From the NCBI GenBank assembly GCA_965637545.1, contig OZ281495.1, positions 4,526,001-4,590,000 on the forward strand: a stretch of DNA of 64,000 nt. Direction: 5' to 3'. Origin of the DNA: Phallusia mammillata (Eukaryota). The notes under the pieces were generated by a model. The model saw only the letters and a list, made by a program, of their open reading frames with translations. It was not told the DNA's origin and searched no databases. Positions 13,437-26,429 of the stretch are shown here, one piece after another (the stretch's first letter is position 1; each line of letters begins with the position of its first letter). The position numbers and the translations under genes were made by a program.

Positions 13437-16400
13437 TTATTGGTCATACACTTCATAGGTTGTTTCTGTTGGTCCCTCTCTGTCATTATCTGTGCATGAC
13501 AAATTAACTACTTTTTAACAGGTATTTCGGTTGAATATTGCAACTCAGCACTAACCATTTGAAGAGCGAAAGTCAGCAGTAGAATGGTCAACCTTCATTT
13601 CTTCTTCGAAAATAAAAAAAAAGTTTAATGAGTATACGGGAAACATTATGCCTTTTTATGCATTGACAACGAAAAAAATGATACACCAACCTAAATTTCG
13701 ATTCGCACTATTTGATTGTCTTCTTTGAGGACTTAGGTTTGTATCTGCGATAATGAGTTTAATCAAAACACGGTTTTCAAAGATCTTAACACAGTCTCCA
13801 CTTACCTACCTTGAGGAAAACATTCCTAGGCAGAAGAATCAATAACAGTCCAAATAATTCGATTAAAGCAATAGCACCGACGACACTAACAGCAATAATA
13901 AGTGCTTGGTTTTTATTTCCACCACATATTTCGGATTCCATAATAATGGTAAACATCACAACAAGATCAGTAAATCCCTCAATTGGAGATTTAATACGTA
14001 ACTGGTAAGTTTCAACAGCTGCAAATGTCTTAAAAAGGTATATCAGTTGCGAACAATGATAATTAGAAAAAAAAAACTTACCTCAATTACAAAAACAAAC
14101 GTTTGGTTTGTGCTATCGTTGCGGTCAGCTGTTAAAGAACAACCACGACAAACCACAATTTCATCTACAAAAAAGGCAATAAACAATAAGCACACTTACA
14201 TTACGGTGCTTGAATTTTGAATAAATGTTACCATCTTTGTCCAAACAACTTGACCACCTCATCCGATTGACAAGTTGTCTGACTGTTGATTTTTTCAGGT
14301 GAATCTGTCAAATACTTACATTTTAGTAATATTATTCAAATGCAGTGAGATAAATAAATTGTAAATTTCATTAAAAAAGTATATTTTATTGAAAGTTACA
14401 GTACATGTTTAGCACCACCGACTTACATGTGACGTTTAAAAAGTATGTGCTTGTAAAATTTCCAAAAGCATCGCTTGTTAGGCAAATATAGTTTCCAAGG
14501 TCTTTTTTGGTCACATTATTCAAATTTAAAACGTTATTAAATTTGTCTATACCCCGCGTCTGGTCAGAAATTTGCCACTGAAATTTTGTGTCGAGTTCAA
14601 TTGAATAGTCGATCGAGCAACTTAATGAGACATTTTCTCCGGCTTTTGTGGGTGTGTTGTTCACAACAAGCCCAGTAATGTAGGGTGCCCCTGAACAAAA
14701 ACCAATTAATAATTTAACAAATCTACAAACAAAACATGAAACTCAATACTAAAACCTCCGGAACGTTTATGGCAAACGTCATAAAAACTTACTAACGGTA
14801 ACAACTGTGACATTAAGTTGCGAAACATCGCTACCAGCAATGTTACTTGAATTGCATGAAACTGATGCAGATTCTCCAAAACTGTGAGACAAAACACAAG
14901 AACTCTTGTTATGAATTATCTTTCCGATTTGAAATTTACAAATAGCAGGTGGATTTGCTTCTTTCAAACAGTTTAATGTCACTGTTTGTTCACCATCAAG
15001 AAAAACACCAAATTCATTTTCAATCGATAAATTACTAGATGTAATATATATCTTATTATGAATAGGTGGATCTGCAATAAATGTTGGTTGTTTTAGTTGT
15101 TTATGTTTCATTACGCATGAAAGCCAAAACCTACAAAAGACGTCAAGAAAAATCGTGCTCTGTAACATGTCGAATTTGTCTTCTGTCTGACATGTGTAGT
15201 TCCTTGTGTCAAACTTTTCTCAAGAATTGCTACTGTTCTTTTCTTTTTTCCCATTGAAAAGCCAATAACAGTTCGCAGGAGGATTTGCTTCATTTAAGCA
15301 ATAAAATGTGACAATCTGTTCAGAGTTTAAAAGAATCACTTCACCCGATGTTATTAGATTTGTTGATGCAAGATATGAGAGTTGTACATTATGTGGAGGA
15401 TCTGTATAGCGTAAAGCATACATATTAAACTATGTAAATCTGTAGCACAAATCTTACTTACACTGTTCATTCAGAATTGGAACGTTTGATTTTCCAAGTG
15501 TGTCGTCAAACTCCGTGTATGATGCGACATTCCTGTGCTTGAATGTTGGAGTAAACGGTACTCCTAGAGTCTATACAAATGTTTAAAAAATATCAAAACG
15601 CTATATTTCTAAACCTTCCGAAAAACGACTATACCAACGTTAAATAAACATCACTAATATACACACTCGATTCCTGTCATCTTAAACCTCCTGGAATCAA
15701 ACACCGTTAAACTAATAAAGCGACTGATCAAAAAACGAAACACCATAAACTTGAACAGTTTTTCCAATTATTGTATATATTGAGTATAACTTGCCTTGGA
15801 AACATTGTTATGGAGAATTGTACCAAAGTAATATCTAGAATTTGACCCATTTGGATATTGATTTTGATATTGACACTTAAGTAGTATGGTGCGATTTTCT
15901 GGTTTGGTATATGATGAACCAACAGTTCTATTGATTGAGACACTTGCAGTTGGAGCTGTATGTTTGTGTGGTTAATTGATTGCGTTCAGTAATAAAAGAA
16001 GCAGCAAAATAAGAACACTGCTACAATCAATATGTATTGAGCTAGCATTTACAATATCTGGATTGTGGTTACAAACAGCAAAACGCGCTGCAGATACAGT
16101 GTTTCCAAAAATGCAACAAACCAACCAATCTTACCCGACCAATATTCCACTATATTTTCAACATCCCATTGAGCCGTTGACAAACACTTTGTGTTAGTGT
16201 TAGTGGCTGGGTTTCCATCGATAGTGAACAAACTTCCTTCGCTTGAACAAGTAAACTCTCCTTGTGTGTTATAGAAACCATTTGGGGCCAACATAGATAC
16301 ATTATGATCCAACGTTCGTTGACAATCTAAAACAACCAATGATAAATGAAGTTACAGTGAAGCAAATACCATCTTGTCGTAGTTTTGAAACTAACTGTTG

Positions 16401-17179
16401 CAAAGTTTATTTGTCAACCGAAATTCGAAATTTTCTGCATAAGAATGACACATTTGTACTTAATATAGTGACTCTTCAGTTCAAGGCCTATCAATTCAAC
16501 AATGCTGTTATTCAATGAAAAACTTCTCGGTGACGTTACACCAAATGTCGTGTTAACACAAGTTCCGTTCCATTCAAGTGTTGTATATAATCCAGATGTG
16601 TTAAATGAACCAACATCGTACTTCGGTGGATCGCAAGCTTTGCCACACCAAAAATAAACCGCTTGGTCGGTGGAACCGTTATTGAACCAAACCGTCCATT
16701 GCAAATCAGGTAGAGTTTCTCCGCTCACATTGCATGTACTATACCAATACATCGTTCCATTGTAGTTTGTCGCCCAAGTTGTTTGATTTGGATACAACAC
16801 ATCTGCAGTAAACGTTGTAATAAATTTACTGCACTATATGTTTTTTTACTAGCTAGACGACTTTTAATTAAAAAAAAAACATTGTTGATGAAACAATTCC
16901 ATTTTCTTGACCAAAAGCGCCAAATCTTTAAAGCATTAATTTAGTCCACCAACCAATCAGCATATATTCTGCAATGTTTTAAATTTGCAAAAATATATAA
17001 AATACAATAGACTAGTTTTTCTTAATCCGTGGTCCTGAAGACTATTTAACTATTAATATAAACCTTGCAGAAAGTTTTGAACAATAACTCCTACCTCGTG
17101 TGTCGCTTTGACTTGTGGATGTGTTAACCCAAAAACAAAAACACCACAAACAAACAACTAATGAACGAAACATTGTCAT
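13437..17179 (-). pseudogene. Receptor copy C, probably pseudogene
   Basis: Near-identical to B over exons 1-8, with the same lesions: donor deletion at 16491/16492, exon-5 deletion and TGA at 15222-15220. A private deletion shrinks exon 9 to 73 nt (14304-14232, versus 120 nt), causing a frameshift. ATG at 17179, terminal TAA at 13437. Confidence 0.8.
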
Positions 17180-20100
17180 GAGCCAACTTCCTGCCTTGCT
17201 CTTTGTGTTCGATCAGATTCTCACACACTCAGCTTACTGACGGCCAAGACCATATGCCATATTGCGAAGTAGCCAAATTTTTTCATGTGTTTACCTAATC
17301 TATACGATCACGGTGTTATTTTTTTGTTAGAACAGCGTGAGCTCTTGCATCAACTACAGGTTTGCACGAAAAGCTACGAAAAGTTTAAACAGGTTAGTGT
17401 GAATTTAATAAGGGGGAGGGGTGGGGGGGTAAATACGGTGCTATACTAAACTCAACAAACTATTCCAACAGAATAACATTAGGTCTAAATAAAACGATAG
17501 AAAATTGAAAGACGTCGACCCAATTAAAACAGTTGTGAAAAAGTCAATTTATAAATTGTTTGTTACGTAGTTAGGTAAATACACGTACACAAAATATGTG
17601 TGTTGATCTCCTGTTCCCGTCTAACGGATACCGAGTAGGCCAAAAACCTAGCCCGAAAGTAAAAGTACAAGCCCGAAACTAGATCCAAACCACATATTGA
17701 TAAGGCAGAATTGAGTCCAAGCGATTTATCATCTTAAAATTGCGACACTATGACATGTTAACACACATCAACTCCTCTTGTAAAAAGATATTTTAAATAT
17801 TTCTACTTTCTTTTCTACCATACTTTGAACAGTTGTAGCAAATTAAGGGTTTGGCAAAACTGTACAGCGTATGGCAAATACACGGAAGTTTGGGACACAA
17901 GCTGCACAAACGCGTGTAAACCAAACACTTCAGTTTATGGCAGATCGAAACACAATTGGCTAAATAATGTGCGACTCCACAACATTTACTCGACCAACAT
18001 GAAACAACCCACTGAATTATCACAGTAAAATTGTTAACATAACCTACGTCCAATAACTTTTGGAGTGTTGTTAAGTTTGGAAGTAGCAAACACACTCGTG
18101 GTTGTTCTTGTTCATGTTACCAAGTGACTGCAATAACTTACTCCTTGGCGACATCTAGGAGTATAAATTTTTCACAACGCCCTACATGTAAAAATGTGGA
18201 CTTGGTCTATCTCTAAAAACATTACTGGTTTAAAAAGATAGTTTCCTGAATCCAGTCTGTTTAAGTTTCTTAAACTCTGAATTAGAATGTAATGATCTAT
18301 TATACCTGTCTGTTTTTTTATACGCAATTATTTTAAAACACATACTTTCGAGCTTTTCGGCTGCTACCTATAAGTCAGTTTTAAACCAAATGTTTTCTTT
18401 CAATCAAACACAACACTTATCCATACGGAATCGTCTCTAAAATAGATGCAAGGGCACCACAATAACAGGTTTATGAAACTATGCGGAGCCGAACAAAAGT
18501 GTGCCTCAGGAAAGACCACGGCAGTGAACATGTTACCATCAGTCACTTGCGAAGTAACCGTGCACTGCCAATTTGTGCAATAGCACACACATACACATTG
18601 TAAACAAATTTGTGACAGTATTATACCCAAGTGAACTGAGTTTCTTACACGAGTCTAAGCTATCGACATATTTAAAGATTACTTAGCGGGTTGTGGTGTG
18701 CTTTTCTACTTTGCGTAGTATCGGTGTGCCTGGAAATGCAAGAACAACAAGGCGCATACTTTAACGTCAACGGCCATTTAAGCTGGTCTTGCTCACTGAT
18801 AGGCTTATAGTCCCCAGTTCACGCATATTCGTGACACATGTGCTCACCTATGAAACGTGTTTTTTTTCAGATAGTTCGTTGTTGCTCATTATCGTCGATG
18901 TTTTCAATTCAGGCGAGATAATTCTCACAACTTGCTCGAGAAGACAAATACAGAACAACCGAGTTTAAACAACCGGTGTCTTTGCAGTAGGTTATATCTA
19001 CTGAAGTTGAGTGTGCAAACAAAATCGTGACTAAATTTGCCAAACAGTTTATCTCTGCGGCATTCACCGGGGATTCGATGTTGGAGCTCACGACTCAAGT
19101 ACTGTGCTAGGTCCTTTCTTGTTGGGGATAAATCTAAAGACAAGATTAGAAAAAATATTCTTTCAAGATTAAAAATTACAGATATAATAGCCACGTAAAT
19201 CGGTAATGGAATCGAGCCACTTTTGGTAACAATGTTATTTTTCCCACAACCCGTTATACCAGCCCACAGGAAAGATGTGCAACATTACCCTAAACAACGT
19301 ATCTTAAACCAGTGGTTCCTAAAAAATTTTAACGTAACTCAAAAACTTCTAAACAGTTTTTTTGTGGTTTCTCGCGACTCCCGGATTGTTGTAATTTTAG
19401 TTGTATTTTTGTCTGGTTTATTGTCAACTAATGCATCATTTTGGAAATGTTTAGTCAAAACATCAGACAGATATTATTCGGTTTTTTTTCGACTAAATAT
19501 TCTTGTTTGCCCGATCTTCTTGGTGCATTGTCAGCCAGACAACACTTAACAATACGATGACAAACGACGTATCGCGTCGCAAACAAAGGTAAATATTAAT
19601 ACGTCAATGTAAGTTGTCGTAAAACATTTTGAAGCTTTCGGAAAAAAGAGACCAAAGAGGTTAATAGGGTTGGTTTTTAACATGGCAAACGAAAGTGCAT
19701 TTTTACTGCTTTTTGTTCCAGATCTCGAAAACCCACAAAAACTTGACATACTCGAATAGAAACCTAAAGTAAAAAATCAGCTAATAAGACAACATTTGCA
19801 TTTGTATCTTATAAATAACGCCAGTACCTTCCAACCACTACCAGAAACATTGTTATTATTTCAAAAATAGTTTTTCTGCAACGTGATGCACTTTTGAAGG
19901 TTTTAAACACTTATTTTACACAATGACAACAATTTGCAAATCTACATTAAACAAAAAGTGTTTAAAAAATTTTCCCGATGATAATCTGTCTGTATCATTG
20001 CCGTGAAATTGATAAGATACGAAGTAAAGCTCGACCACGCGGTGGTGTTTTGGGAATTTGCAAACAAATGATGTCTGACAGGCAAAGATTCGGGCTATAA

Positions 20101-21232
20101 AATATTCGTCTTTATAACTTCTGGACACATATGTTCTTCAACATGCTAATGCCACAGTTTAAAACTCTATTTGATACATATTACAATTGAAGCAAAGGTT
20201 TATGATTTATCCCCTTACTAAAGACAAAACATTTCAATCTACATAGTGGTGTTAAAGGGGTTTGTCATTCTACCTTTAGCAGTTGTGTTCATACAGTTGA
20301 CAAGCATGGGAACTGGAAGGCGTTATTTTTTGAACTTATATGTTAATTAACCTAGAAAAAACAACCAGCTAAACCCTCGTGTTGAGCTGTAGTGTAACCT
20401 TACATGAAGCTCGGTGCCTACGTGAGACCAGAAGAAAAGTAAACTTTCATTGTTTGTTTCACAATCTTTCGTTGATAACTGTAGCACAGTGCTTGTTGAC
20501 AGATACTTCAGGCCACAGTTGCAGCCTGGGAAAATTCAATACACTATCGCTGTGTTAACAATCTCATACTTGGTCCTGAATGTTAATTAGCCTAACTTTA
20601 CAAAACAACTAAACATAAGATTTTCAAGCAATCACTAAACTAATACCAATTTGTCGGTTTTGATTTACTGCTTATTTTTTAAAACCTCTGATAACCTTTA
20701 TTTTACATCAACCTGCAAATGATCTATTTACGCAACTTGAGAATGTACCAACAACTAGTAATTAAGTACAAGCAACTAGCAGTAAGATAAATTTTAGGAA
20801 TAAATCTGTTTTGGAGGGCAATGCGTATATCCTCTTATTCTTGGCACGATTGACAAGGATATATGTAAGAGAATATCAACAAACAATTAGTTATCAGGAG
20901 GCTAATATTGTCACATCACTTATCAACGTTTGGGATTGGGGTAAAAGTCTAGTGGAATGGCAATATACGAAGTAAAGAAATAACTTACATGGTTGTTTGA
21001 TTAAAAAAAACATCACAGCAAAACCATAAGGTTTATTGTCAAAAACAAACTCATAACATCGACAAAACAACAACCATTGTGTACAAAGTTAGCTGTGTAC
21101 AAGTATCTGGGTTATATAAAACCAGCAACCACTACAGTGTGAATCTAAAATGCAAGATAAGCAAGGCCAATGGCATAGAATTTTCGAAATATTAGATATA
21201 CCAAAAATTTATTAAGGAATAGATTAAACGTT

Positions 21233-24200
21233 TTATTGGTCATACACTTCATAGGTTGTGTCTGTTGGTCCCTCTCTGTCATTATCTGTGCATGACAAAT
21301 TAACTACTTTTAACAGGTATTTCGGTTGAAATATTGCAACTCAGCACTAACCATTTGAAGAGCTAAAGTCAGCAGTAGAATGGTCAACCTTCATTTCTTC
21401 GAAAAATAAAAAAACAGTTTAATGAGTATACGGAAAACATTATGGTTATTTGTGTATTGACAACGAAAGAAATGCTACACCAACCTAAATTTCGATTCGC
21501 ACTATTTGATTGTCTTCTTTGAGGACTTACTTTTGTGTCTGCGATAATGAGTTTAATCAAAACAGTTTTCAAAGATCTTAACACAGTCTCCACTTACCCG
21601 TCTTGAGGAAAACATTCCTAGGCAGAAGAATCAATAACAGTCCAAATAATTCGATTAAAGCAATAGCACCCACGACACTAACAGCAATAATAAGTGCTTG
21701 GTTTTTATTTCCACCACATATTTCGGATTCCATTATAATGGTAAACATCACAACAAGATCAGTAAATCCCTCAATTGGAGATTTAATACTTAATTGGTAA
21801 GTTTCAATAGCTGCCAATGTCTTAAAAAATATTTCGGTTGCAAACAATGATAATTGAGAAAAAAAAACTTACCTCAATTACAAAAACAAATGTTTGGTTC
21901 GTGCTATCGTTGCGGTCAGCTGTTAAAGAACAACCACGACAAACCACAATTTCATCTACAAAAAAGGCAATAAACAATAAGAACACTTACATTACGGTGC
22001 TTGAATTTTGAATAAATGTTACCGTCTTTGGTCAACATATATTGAAATGAAGGGGGGTTGGAAGTAAACCTTACAAAACAACTTCCATTGACCACCTCAT
22101 CCGATTGACAAGTTGTGTGACTGTTGATTTTTTCAGGTGAATCTGTAAAGTACTTACGTTTAAGTTATATTATTCAAATACATTGAGTTAATAAATTCTA
22201 AATTTCATTAAAAAAGTGCATTTAATTGAAAGTTGCAGTAACTGTTTAGCACCACCGACTTACATGTGACGTTTAAAAAGTATGTGCTTCTAAAATTTCC
22301 AAAAGCATCGCTTGTGTGGCAAATATAGTTTCCAAGGTCTTTTTTGGTCAAATTATTCAAATTTAAAGCGTTATTAAATTTGTCCATATCCCGCGTCGGG
22401 TCAGGAATTTGCCACTGAAATTTTGTGTCGAGTTCAATTGAATAGTCGATCGAGCAACTTAATGAGACATTTTCTCCGGCTTTTGTGGGTGTGTTGTTCA
22501 CAACAGGCCCAGTAATGTAGGGTGCCCCTGAACAAAAACCAATTAATAATTTAACAAATCTACAAACAAAACATGAAACTCAATATTAAAACCTCCGGAA
22601 CGTTTATTGCAAACGTCATAAAAACTTACTAACGGTAACAACTGTGACATTAAGTTGCGAAACATCGCTACCAGCAATGTTACTTGAATTGCATGAAACT
22701 GATGCTGATTCTGTAAACTTGTGAGACAAAACACAAGAACTCTCATTATGGATATTATTCCCTATTTGAAATTCACAACTGGCAGGTGGATTTGATTGTC
22801 TTGAACAGTTGAATGTCACTGTTTGTTCACCATCGAGAAAAACACCGAATTCATTTTCAACCGATAAATTACTGGATGTGATATATATCTCATTATGAAT
22901 CGGTGGATCTGCAACAAATGTTGTTTTAGTTTATTATGTGTTTTTTTATGCATGAAAGTCAAAACCTACAAAAGACATCAAGGAAAATCGTGATCTGCAA
23001 AGTGTCGAATTTGTCTACTGTCTGACATGTGTAGTTCCCTGTGTCAAATTTTGAAACGTTGTTTATGTTAAGAACTGGTTTGTTTAAATCTAACCCATGC
23101 ACATTTGTTGTCACATTCCAATGGAACGTTGTATTCAGCTCGTATTGATATTCAACATTGCAATTCAGTATAACATTATCTCCTTGTATAATTGTGTCAC
23201 CTCCAGAATTATCAATATTTACATATCCTATAAAAAAATCCTTGCAAATATTAACATAAATTCAACTTACATAAACAACTCAAATAAATATTTCGTACTG
23301 TTTTCCACGACAAGTAATTCAATCACAGTGGACGTGGCATTTCCTAAACTATTTTCCATAAAACAAGAAATGTTGCTTGAAGACGAAATGACTTCATTAA
23401 TTTGGCAAGAATTGCCACTGTTCTCTTCTTTTTTTCCATTGTGAAGCAAATAACAGTTTGCAGGTGGATTTGCATCATTTGAACAATAGAATGTAACATT
23501 TTGTGCAGAGTTTAAGAGAAACTCTTTGTCCGAACTTATGAAATAGTCTGATAGCATAATTCCCAAATTCGGTTCATATGGAGGATCTGTATACGGGGAA
23601 CAATGCATTTGATGTGTTAAACTAGTTTAATGTTTATTACTTACACTGTACATCCAAAACCGTAACTTGAGATTTGCCCAGTGTGTTATTGTATTTTGTG
23701 TACGGCGTAACAGCTTGGCACGAAATTTTAAAATTGTTATTCTCGCGTGTTGGGGTGAATTGCTTTGTTGTGTTCTGTAAAACCGTTATTATTGCTTTGT
23801 TTTTGAATTTATTTAAAAACTGTTTCAAAAGTTTTTTTTAATCTAAAGAAGTACCTGCCTAGCTTTAAAACCAAACCGCAAACTGAAACAAATAGCCAAT
23901 AATCCGCTGGTAATTATCTTAGCGTCTTGTTAATGGTTACCTTTAAACTTTCCTCCAAAAATGTGCCGAAATAATAGTTTGAACTCAATCCGATTGGATA
24001 AACATCTTCGTATTGGCACTTAGGCAGTAAAGTAGTGTTTTCTGTTGTGGTATATGATAAACCAACCGATCCATTGATGGAAAGTTTCACAATTGGAGCT
24101 GTACAAAAATTGTAATTTAGAAAAAAAGTATTACCAAAGTTTGTTTAAAATCACTGAAAATCTACATAACGTTGGAAAGACGGCATTAATGACACAAACT

Positions 24201-25575
24201 TACCCGCCCAACATTCCATGTTATTTTCATCTTCCCACTGAGAAGTTGACAAACACTTTGTGGTAGCGGTAATGGCTGGGTTTCCATCGTTAGTAAACAA
24301 ACTTCCTCCGTTTGAACAAGTAAACTCTCCTTGTGTGTTATAAAAACCATTTAGTGCCAACACAGATACATTGAAGTCTAACGCTTGTTGACAATCTGAA
24401 ACAATAACCAATGATAAATGAAGTTAGTGAAGCAATAAACTCTTGTCGTGAAACTTATTGTTGCAAAGTTTATTTGTCAACCAAAATTCAAAATTTTCTG
24501 TATAAGAATGGCACATTTATACTTATTATAGTGACTCTTCAGTTCAAGGCCTATTTTAAGCAGGAAAGAGTACCTTTAGCTGTAATATTCCTTACAGCTT
24601 CATATGTATAAGAGGTATTTAAATCAACAATGCTGTTATTCAATGTAAAACTTCTGGGTGACGTTACACCAAATGTTGTGTTAACACAAGTTCCGTTCCA
24701 TTCAAGTGTTGTACATAATCCGGGTGTAATAAAAGCACCAGCAATATACTGCGGTGGGTCGCAAAGTATGTCACACCATATATGAACGACTTGGTCGAAG
24801 GAACCGTCATTGAACCAAACTGTCCATTGCAATGTGGGTGGACTTTTTCCACTTACATAACATGTACTGTACCAATACATTGTTCCATTGTAGTTTGTCG
24901 CCCAAGTTGTTTGACTTGGATACAAAACATCTGCAGTAAAGTTGATATTAATTTACTGCTAATTTACAGCTGAAATATTTTGCTTAAAATTGATTACAAA
25001 GCTTTTTGCATTCGCTTTTACACACGTTCATTGAAAAAAAAAACTGACAATTTTTAGCATGACATCTAAAGGTACCAATCTTCTGACCCACCATAGTATT
25101 GACGTAATGCTTTTGCAATCAATTCAGCATATATCCTGCAATGTTAATAACTTGCAAATATATATTTCGAATACATTTGACTAGTGCTTTTCGCCTTTGT
25201 TCGTGACCCAAAACTAGGCCCCCGTTTAATTTGGTTGGTTCGTCGGTTAAACTAGTGGGGGCATTTTGTTGCATGTTCAATAGGCGTTTCTGATTTGCGA
25301 ATTAGGACAGAATAGTTCTATGACATTGCAAAACTTGGATTTTAAAAATTGGCAAATTGGTTCGCTATAAACTTTCGCTTTGCTGCCCAAAGAGGTGTGG
25401 CATTAGCCAAAATAAATCACTGTAATAAGTGTGAAAGTATTTGACTACTATTACAAACTTTGCAGAGAGTTATGAACAAACACTTCCTACCTTGTGTGTC
25501 TCTTTGACTTGTGGCTGTGACGAAGCAAAAATAAAAACACCACAAACAAACAACGAATGAACGAAACATTATCAT
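21233..25575 (-). CDS. Receptor copy D, intact type I membrane protein (~776 aa): SP - Ig D1 - CCP - five Ig-like domains - TM with Glu - ~58-aa tail ending TTYEVYDQ
   Basis: 14 exons: 25575-25491, 24930-24574, 24395-24204, 24098-23941, 23774-23645, 23586-23299, 22908-22630, 22527-22264, 22142-22023, 21955-21873, 21820-21598, 21538-21485, 21396-21352, 21285-21233. All are GT-AG, the phases join and there is no internal stop (2331 nt). Ig motifs include C..ANPPA.C and W..D.G.Y.C. TM is ALIIAVSVVGAIALIELFGLLLILL. AATAAA overlaps the stop. The three tail exons are less certain than the extracellular ones. Confidence 0.85.
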
Positions 25576-26429
25576 GAGTCAACTTGCTGCCGTGTTCTTT
25601 GTGTTCGATCTGATTCTCACTCGCTCAGAACTGGCTGACTAGACCAGACCAAACACTGTGTTGCTAATTAACCGGATTTTTTCCTGTATTCACCTAATCT
25701 GTGCGAACCCTGGTGCCAGTTTTTTGTTTGTTTTTTTGTTGGAACAACGTGAACTCGTGTATTAACTGCAGGCTTGAGGACATAATAGTTTGATCTTTTT
25801 GCTTCGCGAAACATTTTTGGAATACTTAATTGTAAAATCAAGTCAACTATCAACATCACATCAGTGAATAAAGGCTTAATGTAAATGTATGCACGAAAGC
25901 CTACTTTTTGCTAGATATAACATTAGATATGAATGAAACGATACAAAATTGAAAGGTGTCGACCCATTTGATGGTGTGCTTGAAACCCATTAACACAGTT
26001 TTGCGATAATTGATAGATTTATGCTGTAAATAAAAAAGTTGTGAAAACGATTCATAAATTGTTTGTTACGTAGGTAGGTAAATACACTTTCACAAAATAA
26101 GTTTCTTGATCTTCTGTTCCCGTTTAACGGATACTTTGCCCGAAAGCGAAAGTACAAGTCCGAAATTAGATCCAAACCACATATTGATAAGCCAGAGAGT
26201 TCAAAAGCTAGATTTATCAACTGAAAAGCGTGTCCCAAAGTGTCCGAGTGCAAAGTCAGGCCCCAAACACATCCGTTTTCCGAATTAAACCCAAAGCAGA
26301 AAAGTGATTCCCGCATTACAATTTATGTTCCTTTTCGACTTAAAAGTTTCCATAAAACAGGTTAAATCCCCTCCTCTGGTTAAAAGACATTTTAAATATT
26401 TTACTTTTTTCCCATATGTTGTAGAGAAT

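Larger units (their letters stand above)
1..25660. repeat. Tandem segmental duplication, unit ~7.8-8.4 kb (gene plus upstream intergenic block), about 3.2 copies
   Basis: Homologous exon-1 ATGs at 1394, 9334, 17179 and 25575 (spacing 7940, 7845, 8396). Intergenic blocks ~1500-5600, ~9400-13400 and ~17300-21200 align throughout. A more diverged partial block lies at ~25700-28000. Confidence 0.95.

Noticed and set aside
6300-17750. B and C as a pure assembly artefact
   Set aside because: Each has private deletions and substitutions, so they are not one sequence duplicated in silico; uncollapsed haplotypes cannot be fully excluded without reads.
21531-21538. 8-nt micro-exon in D using the internal GTAAGT
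   Set aside because: Copy C has CTAAGT at this site and the longer 54-nt exon keeps phase with the downstream exons. It remains a possible alternative donor giving a very short tail.
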